From NCBI GenBank assembly GCA_030591685.1, contig JAUVAX010000015.1, forward strand, positions 1-49,850: DNA of 49,850 bases. Reading direction: 5' to 3'. Source of the stretch: Pseudobdellovibrionaceae bacterium. GTDB taxonomy: Bacteria > Bdellovibrionota > Bdellovibrionia > Bdellovibrionales > UBA1609. The notes beneath the pieces were generated by a model that was not told the origin of the DNA, ran no database searches, and worked only from the letters and a program-made list of their open reading frames with translations. Positions within the stretch are counted from its first letter, which is position 1. The number at the start of each line of letters is the position of its first letter. Both the position numbers and the translations under genes were made by a program. This document shows, piece after piece, positions 44,134 through 49,850 of this stretch.

Positions 44134-44891
44134 TGTTTACTAGCAAAAAAATTACAGCCTTATTTTCTTTAATAGCGGTAGCGTTACTTTTGCCTCAAGA
44201 TTGCTGGGCTCAACTCAGTATACCGTCGGTCAATTTAGGTTTAAAATCAACCGACAACCCTCAAGAGGTTGTGAGTACTATTAAAATTTTAATGGCACTC
44301 ACTATACTTACTCTAGCTCCGGCTATTTTAATAATGATGACCAGTTTTACTCGAATCATCATTGTTTTAAGTTTTGTCAGGCAAGCGCTAGGTACCCAGC
44401 AAATGCCACCCAATCAACTGCTTGTGGGGTTGGCGCTATTTTTATCACTTTTTATAATGACGCCATTTTTAAAACAAATAAATACAGAGGCGGTACAGCC
44501 CTATTTGGCAGGGGCCATTAACCATGAGGTGGCGTTAGAGAAAACCCTCTCCCCTCTGAGAAAGTTTATGTTTAACCAAACAAGAGATGCCGACCTGTCT
44601 TTATTTTTAAACCTGACCGGAGCAAAGGCACCGAAAACAAGGGCTGATGTATCTACGACAGCACTGATCCCAGCTTTTATTATTTCTGAACTAAAAACGG
44701 CCTTTCAAATTGGTTTTATTATTTATCTGCCGTTTTTAGTTATAGATATGGTGGCAGCCAGTGTGCTGATGGCCATGGGTATGATGATGCTTCCACCAGT
44801 AATTATCTCACTGCCATTTAAAATTATGATTTTTGTTTTTGTTGATGGATGGGCACTACTTGTGGGCTCCCTTGTAAAGAGCTTTGGTTAA
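44133..44891 (+). CDS. fliP: flagellar export gate protein FliP
   Basis: TSFTRIIIVL, PPNQ, PAFIISELKTAFQIG, MGMMMLPP. Confidence 0.97.
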   Translation: MFTSKKITALFSLIAVALLLPQDCWAQLSIPSVNLGLKSTDNPQEVVSTIKILMALTILTLAPAILIMMTSFTRIIIVLSFVRQALGTQQMPPNQLLVGLALFLSLFIMTPFLKQINTEAVQPYLAGAINHEVALEKTLSPLRKFMFNQTRDADLSLFLNLTGAKAPKTRADVSTTALIPAFIISELKTAFQIGFIIYLPFLVIDMVAASVLMAMGMMMLPPVIISLPFKIMIFVFVDGWALLVGSLVKSFG

Positions 44892-44899
44892 GGATATTT

Positions 44900-45175
44900 A
44901 TGACTGAACAAATGATAGTAGAAATTGGTACACAAGCTTTAGAGACAGCAGCAATGGTGGCCTCACCAATGCTTATTGGGGCTTTAGTTATTGGTCTGTG
45001 CATAAGTGTTTTGCAAGCCATTACGCAAATCAACGAAGCCACATTAACGTTTATACCAAAAATTGCAGTTGTTGGGCTTATTATGGTTATTGCGGCCCCC
45101 TGGATGCTCGACGTTGTAAGTAAGTTTACAATTAATTTATATCAAAACATACCTGACTATGTGGGGAACTGGTGA
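44900..45175 (+). CDS. fliQ: flagellar export protein FliQ
   Basis: QAITQINEATLTFIPKI. Confidence 0.96.
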   Translation: MTEQMIVEIGTQALETAAMVASPMLIGALVIGLCISVLQAITQINEATLTFIPKIAVVGLIMVIAAPWMLDVVSKFTINLYQNIPDYVGNW

Positions 45176-45951
45176 CAGCACTTTATAGTTTTAACGAAGC
45201 ACAAATAATGGCCTTTATACTTGTGGTCATTCGTATGTCAGCCTTTACGGTGAGTTGGCCCATATTTGGGACGCAAACGGTGCCAGCCCCTGTTAAAATT
45301 TTATTTGCTTTAAGCTTATCTTTAGTGCTGTTCCCTGTGGTGAACATCACCGGGCTTTCAGCGGATATGTCGACGTCTTCACTTATTTTTATGACCATTA
45401 AAGAGGCCTTTATAGGTGTGTCCATAGGGTATTTAGCTCGAATGTTTTTATATGCCATTAGTATTTCAGGGCAAATTATTAGCGTAACAATGGGTTTAAG
45501 TGGGGTGCAGCTATTTAACCCCAGTATTGGTGAAACTTCGACCCCTATTGATCAGTTTCAGGTGTTTTTAGTTTCACTGCTTTTTTTGGCCATCAATGGT
45601 CATCATATTTTTTTATCGGCACTCACAAAGAGTTTTCAAATGGTGCCTTTGTCGGCAGACTTATTGTCTTTGCAAGTTTTTAGTAACGTAGGTGTTATGG
45701 TACAGCAAATTATGGTGATTGGTGTAAAACTGGCGGCCCCTGTACTGGTGGCGATCACTATAACGAATATCATGATGGGTATTATTGGCCGTGCAGTGCC
45801 GCAGATTAATGTTTTAATCACCTCGCTACCGGTAAATATTTTAGTTGGATTTATAGTTTTAATTTTTTCTCTACCTGTTTTTATGGGCCAGGTAGAGGGG
45901 TTGCTTGCAGTGACTGCGGACAACCTATTTAAAGTACTCAAGGCATATTAG
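45172..45951 (+). CDS. fliR: flagellar export protein FliR
   Basis: Multi-TM, NGHH, RAVPQINV. Confidence 0.96.
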   Translation: MTALYSFNEAQIMAFILVVIRMSAFTVSWPIFGTQTVPAPVKILFALSLSLVLFPVVNITGLSADMSTSSLIFMTIKEAFIGVSIGYLARMFLYAISISGQIISVTMGLSGVQLFNPSIGETSTPIDQFQVFLVSLLFLAINGHHIFLSALTKSFQMVPLSADLLSLQVFSNVGVMVQQIMVIGVKLAAPVLVAITITNIMMGIIGRAVPQINVLITSLPVNILVGFIVLIFSLPVFMGQVEGLLAVTADNLFKVLKAY

Positions 45952-45964
45952 GAGAGCGTAAAAA

Positions 45965-47032
45965 TTGGCAGAGTCAGACAGTGGTGAAAAAACAGAAGAC
46001 GCAACCCCGCAAAAGCGAGAGGACTTTCGTAAGCGCGGGCAAGTCGTACAAACTAAAGAGCTAGGTACGGTCTTTACTTTGTTTGCTGCTATTTTGGCGA
46101 TGTGGTTACTGGGCCGATTTTTAATGCAAAACCTAGTAGATATTTTTAGTTTATCTTTTTCAGATTATATTTTAATTGCAGTGAAGCAGGGGGATTACCT
46201 CCCTATTGTTCATAAAGTATTTAAACTTACTTTATATATATTAGCCCCAATACTCGGCTTGTTTTGGTTGATTAGTTTTTCAGCGTCTGTTTCTCAGGTG
46301 GGTATATTAATTAATGAAGAGGCCTTGCAGTTTAAATTAGAAAAGCTAAACCCCACAGAGGGCATAAAAAGACTCTTTAGCATGCGCTCTGTTGTTGAAG
46401 GGTTAAAGGCCGTATTTAAAGTGACCTGTGTGGTGGCAGTGGTGTTTTTAATTATAAAAAGTGAAATTTTATCACTCCCAAATTTAGTTCACTTATCAAT
46501 AGCTCAGATTATGACTTATATAGGAGATATGTCTGTTAAGCTTTTTGCCGGTGTTGGGTTTTTTATGATTATTATTGCCGCCGCGGATTACTTTTTTCAG
46601 CGCTTTGATATGGAAAACAAAATGAAAATGACCAAACAAGAGGTCAAAGAAGAGATGAAGTCCAGAGAAGGGGACCCTTTAATTAAAGCCCGTATCCGTC
46701 GTACACAGCGAGAAATGTCTCAACGTCGTATGATGGAGGACGTGCCCAAGGCCGACGTTATCATTACAAACCCCACCCACCTTGCCATAGCCATTAAATA
46801 TGATGCAACAATGGTGGCCCCCACAATAATTGCAAAGGGTGCCGATTTAATTGCAGACAATATACGCGCCTTAGCTAAAGAGCACAATATACCTATTGTA
46901 GAAAACAAACCCCTTGCGCGGGTAATATATAAGACCATAAAAATTGGGCAAGGGATCCCTAAAGAACTCTACACTGCCGTGGCTGAAGTATTAAGCTATG
47001 TTTTTCGGCTTAAAAATAAAGTGAGGGCTTAA
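45965..47032 (+). CDS. flhB: flagellar export protein FlhB
   Basis: EKTEDAT, KMTKQEVKEE.K..EGDP, autocleavage NPTH. Confidence 0.97.
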   Translation: MAESDSGEKTEDATPQKREDFRKRGQVVQTKELGTVFTLFAAILAMWLLGRFLMQNLVDIFSLSFSDYILIAVKQGDYLPIVHKVFKLTLYILAPILGLFWLISFSASVSQVGILINEEALQFKLEKLNPTEGIKRLFSMRSVVEGLKAVFKVTCVVAVVFLIIKSEILSLPNLVHLSIAQIMTYIGDMSVKLFAGVGFFMIIIAAADYFFQRFDMENKMKMTKQEVKEEMKSREGDPLIKARIRRTQREMSQRRMMEDVPKADVIITNPTHLAIAIKYDATMVAPTIIAKGADLIADNIRALAKEHNIPIVENKPLARVIYKTIKIGQGIPKELYTAVAEVLSYVFRLKNKVRA

Positions 47033-49128
47033 TGGATCAAGTTTTTGAGACACTTAAAAAGTTAGAGAAGTACACTAAAAATGTAGACCTGCTCGTGGCA
47101 ATAGGGCTTATCGGTACGCTATTAATGATGGTAGTGCCATTGCCTCCAATTATGATGGACATAGCTTTAACTATTTCGATCTCCTCAGGGTTATTGATTT
47201 TGTTTGTAGCGATATACACAGACAAAGCTTTAGAGTTTAGTGTTTTCCCTAGTCTTTTATTAGTCACTACATTATTTAGGTTGTCTTTAAACGTAGCTTC
47301 GACTCGTTTGATTTTATCTGAGGGTCATACGGGGTCTGCCGCTGCAGGTGAGGTGATCAATGCATTTGCCAATGTTGTGGTTGGCAATAATTACGCAATT
47401 GGTTTGATTGTTTTTATTATACTTGTCGTGATTAACTTTGTTGTGATCACCAAAGGTGCTGGCCGCGTGGCTGAAGTGGCCGCTCGGTTTACTTTAGATG
47501 CTATGCCGGGTAAGCAAATGTCCATTGATGCTGATTTAAACGCAGGGCTTATCTCAGAGGACGCCGCCAGAACGCGCCGAAAAGAAATCGAGCAAGAGGC
47601 TGATTTTTATGGGTCCATGGATGGTGCTAGTAAATTTGTTCGTGGTGACGCCATTGCGGGCATAGTAATCACCGTGGTGAACATTGTAGGGGGACTGCTT
47701 GTTGGTGTGCTACAAAAGGATTTAACCTTAGCCACCGCTGCACAAAACTACACCCTATTAACAATAGGTGATGGGTTGGTGAGTCAGATCCCAGCACTTA
47801 TTATCTCTACAGCTGCTGGTATAGTGGTCACTAGAAGTTCTACCAGTGGTAACATGGGTAAAGAAATGGCGACCCAGCTTTTATTAAAACCAAAAGCACT
47901 TTATTTAGTGGCCGCAATATTAGGTTTATTTGCGATTATACCAGGGTTACCAGGGCTACCATTTTTTATGATATCAGCATTGCTTGGCGGACTAGCATGG
48001 GCCATTGATCAGTTTCAAAAAGGCAAGTCCTCTGAAAAGCAACGTCATGATGAGGAAGAGGCGAGAAAACCTCAAAAAGAAAATGTCGAAGCCTTACTGC
48101 CACTGGACCTTATAGAGTTAGAGGTGGGGTATGGTTTAATTAACATTGTAGAGTCTGATGAGGCGGGTGACCTGTTAGAGCGCATTGTCAGTATTAGAAA
48201 GCAATTTGCAATGGACATGGGTATTGTTGTACCCAGTATTCATATCCGAGATAATTTACAACTAGAGCCGGGCGAGTACCGTTTAATGATTAAGGGCAAC
48301 CGTGTCGCCGGTGGCGACCTACGACCTGATTGTTTTATGGCCATGGACCCCGGTAATGTTTCGAACCCTGTTGATGGCATGCCGACCTCTGAGCCAGCTT
48401 TTGGCTTAGACGCTCTGTGGATTTCAAAATCTGCCAAAGAAGATGCCGAGATTGCTGGCTATACTGTTGTAGATTTACCAACGGTAATGGCCACCCATAT
48501 AACAGAAGTCATAAGAACCCATGCCTTTGAAATTTTTGGTCGTCAAGAGGCCGACACACTGATTCAAAACTTTAAAAAGTCATATCCAAAAGTTGTGGAT
48601 GAGTTAATCCCTGAAATATTGCCTTTGGGGACTGTTGTTAAAGTATTACAGAACCTTTTAAAAGAGCAGGTTTCAATCCGTGATTTACTGACTATCTTTG
48701 AGACTCTTGCCGACGAGGGCTACCGCTCTAAAGATGCGGAGCCGTTAACAGAGTCAGTGAGGCGCTCACTTTCAAGGTCAATCACCTCTAAGTACGTTAA
48801 TGAAGAGGGGGAGGTGTCTGTAATGAGCCTATCACCTCAAATCGAAGAGCTCATTTCAAACTCATTAATACAAACTGAACAAGGTGTGCAACTGATTATG
48901 GACCCATTAATAGCTCAACAACTTATAAATGATATTTCTAATAATGTGGGCCAGCACCCCGATATCGCGGCACAGCCAATTTTACTAACAAGCCCCACAA
49001 CAAGAAGGCATTTATATAAGTTAACAAATCGTTTTATCCCACAGTTAATTGTTTTATCCCATAATGAACTGGCAAGCAGTGCGCATGTTCAGTCTGTAGG
49101 AGTCGTGGAGTTGCAAGATGCAGGTTAA
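47032..49128 (+). CDS. flhA: flagellar export protein FlhA
   Basis: RVAEVAARFTLDAMPGKQMSIDADL, FYGSMDGASKFVRGD. Confidence 0.98.
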   Translation: MDQVFETLKKLEKYTKNVDLLVAIGLIGTLLMMVVPLPPIMMDIALTISISSGLLILFVAIYTDKALEFSVFPSLLLVTTLFRLSLNVASTRLILSEGHTGSAAAGEVINAFANVVVGNNYAIGLIVFIILVVINFVVITKGAGRVAEVAARFTLDAMPGKQMSIDADLNAGLISEDAARTRRKEIEQEADFYGSMDGASKFVRGDAIAGIVITVVNIVGGLLVGVLQKDLTLATAAQNYTLLTIGDGLVSQIPALIISTAAGIVVTRSSTSGNMGKEMATQLLLKPKALYLVAAILGLFAIIPGLPGLPFFMISALLGGLAWAIDQFQKGKSSEKQRHDEEEARKPQKENVEALLPLDLIELEVGYGLINIVESDEAGDLLERIVSIRKQFAMDMGIVVPSIHIRDNLQLEPGEYRLMIKGNRVAGGDLRPDCFMAMDPGNVSNPVDGMPTSEPAFGLDALWISKSAKEDAEIAGYTVVDLPTVMATHITEVIRTHAFEIFGRQEADTLIQNFKKSYPKVVDELIPEILPLGTVVKVLQNLLKEQVSIRDLLTIFETLADEGYRSKDAEPLTESVRRSLSRSITSKYVNEEGEVSVMSLSPQIEELISNSLIQTEQGVQLIMDPLIAQQLINDISNNVGQHPDIAAQPILLTSPTTRRHLYKLTNRFIPQLIVLSHNELASSAHVQSVGVVELQDAG

Positions 49129-49850
49129 AAAATTCGAAGCCCATAGTATGAAAGAAGCCCTAGAGATGGTGAAAACGAATCTAGGCCCAGAGGCTATTAT
49201 TTTACAAGCTAAAGACAACACAGGGGGGTTTGGCCTAGGGGGCCGTTCGAGTGTTGAAATTACAGCTGCTGTGAGCGAGAACATGCTCACGCAAAAAAAA
49301 TTAGCCGAATCTAAAATGACAGTTAAAGCCAAAGAGAAGTTTCAAAACATACCGGCAGCAAGGCAAAAAAAATATATTAATAAATTTATTGAAAACAGAA
49401 GTGTTGAGGCTCAGGCTTTAACAAAAAGGCGATACGTAGATATTATAGATGAGTCTGACTCGACTGGTGATCATGATTTTACCCCCGAGGGCATGACAGG
49501 TATTAGTGTGGACCGAGCGATGAACCTAGATGCAAAAGCATTGCCTTCACAGGTGAGTTCGACTGATCGCATTCGTCAAGCTGCACAGTCGGCCTGGGCG
49601 GCAGTACAAGATACCGTTGAGCCTAAAAAAAGGCCTACTACGGAGCCCCTACTTGCACCTACAGGGCACGAGGTGTTAGCGCTTAAAAAAGAAATTAGAG
49701 ACCTTAAAACTATTATTTCAGGCTTTCAAAAAATGCCACAAACGCTACTAAGTACTCACCCGGGGGCTAATGAGGGTATTTCATACGAACTCAGTGGTAT
49801 GTTTGACAAGCTCACGCGAGCTGGCTTGAGTGCTGAAAATTCAACATTAA
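49118..49850 (+). CDS. flhF: flagellar biosynthesis GTPase FlhF, 3'-truncated by the window
   Basis: MQVKKFEAHSMKEALEMVKTNLGPEAIIL directly after flhA; not in the ORF track because no stop falls within the window. Confidence 0.88.
   Translation, partial: MQVKKFEAHSMKEALEMVKTNLGPEAIILQAKDNTGGFGLGGRSSVEITAAVSENMLTQKKLAESKMTVKAKEKFQNIPAARQKKYINKFIENRSVEAQALTKRRYVDIIDESDSTGDHDFTPEGMTGISVDRAMNLDAKALPSQVSSTDRIRQAAQSAWAAVQDTVEPKKRPTTEPLLAPTGHEVLALKKEIRDLKTIISGFQKMPQTLLSTHPGANEGISYELSGMFDKLTRAGLSAENSTL

Overview
Chromosomal segment of an AT-rich bacterium, most likely Bdellovibrionota. This is inferred from the FQNC-type lipoprotein signal, R-x-[PLT]-A-[SA] motifs in exported proteins, a long FliO, and the gene context. 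Housekeeping genes include a pseudouridine synthase, dsbD, rpoH, aspS, folD, gcvT/gcvH, tRNA-Leu(TAG), pcrA/uvrD, a SPOR protein, suhB and aat. The window ends in a sigma54-driven flagellar export operon (fliLMNOPQR-flhBA-flhF, truncated). The most notable accessory features are five. (1) A split, incomplete Tad/Flp pilus locus is interrupted by an oppositely oriented secreted protein with a long Gly/Met/Asn/Pro/Tyr prion-like repeat region and by a hybrid kinase. (2) A Leu/Phe-tRNA-protein transferase (Aat) appears to carry an export signal peptide. (3) A highly divergent MltD-like lytic transglycosylase lipoprotein sits behind a consensus sigma54 promoter. (4) A small-protein/nucleotidyltransferase toxin-antitoxin-like pair lies directly after tRNA-Leu. 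(5) A beta-barrel gene is coupled to an internally duplicated FN3/Ig-like surface lipoprotein. No CRISPR array, integrase or transposase was seen. All calls come from reading the sequence; no database searches were run.
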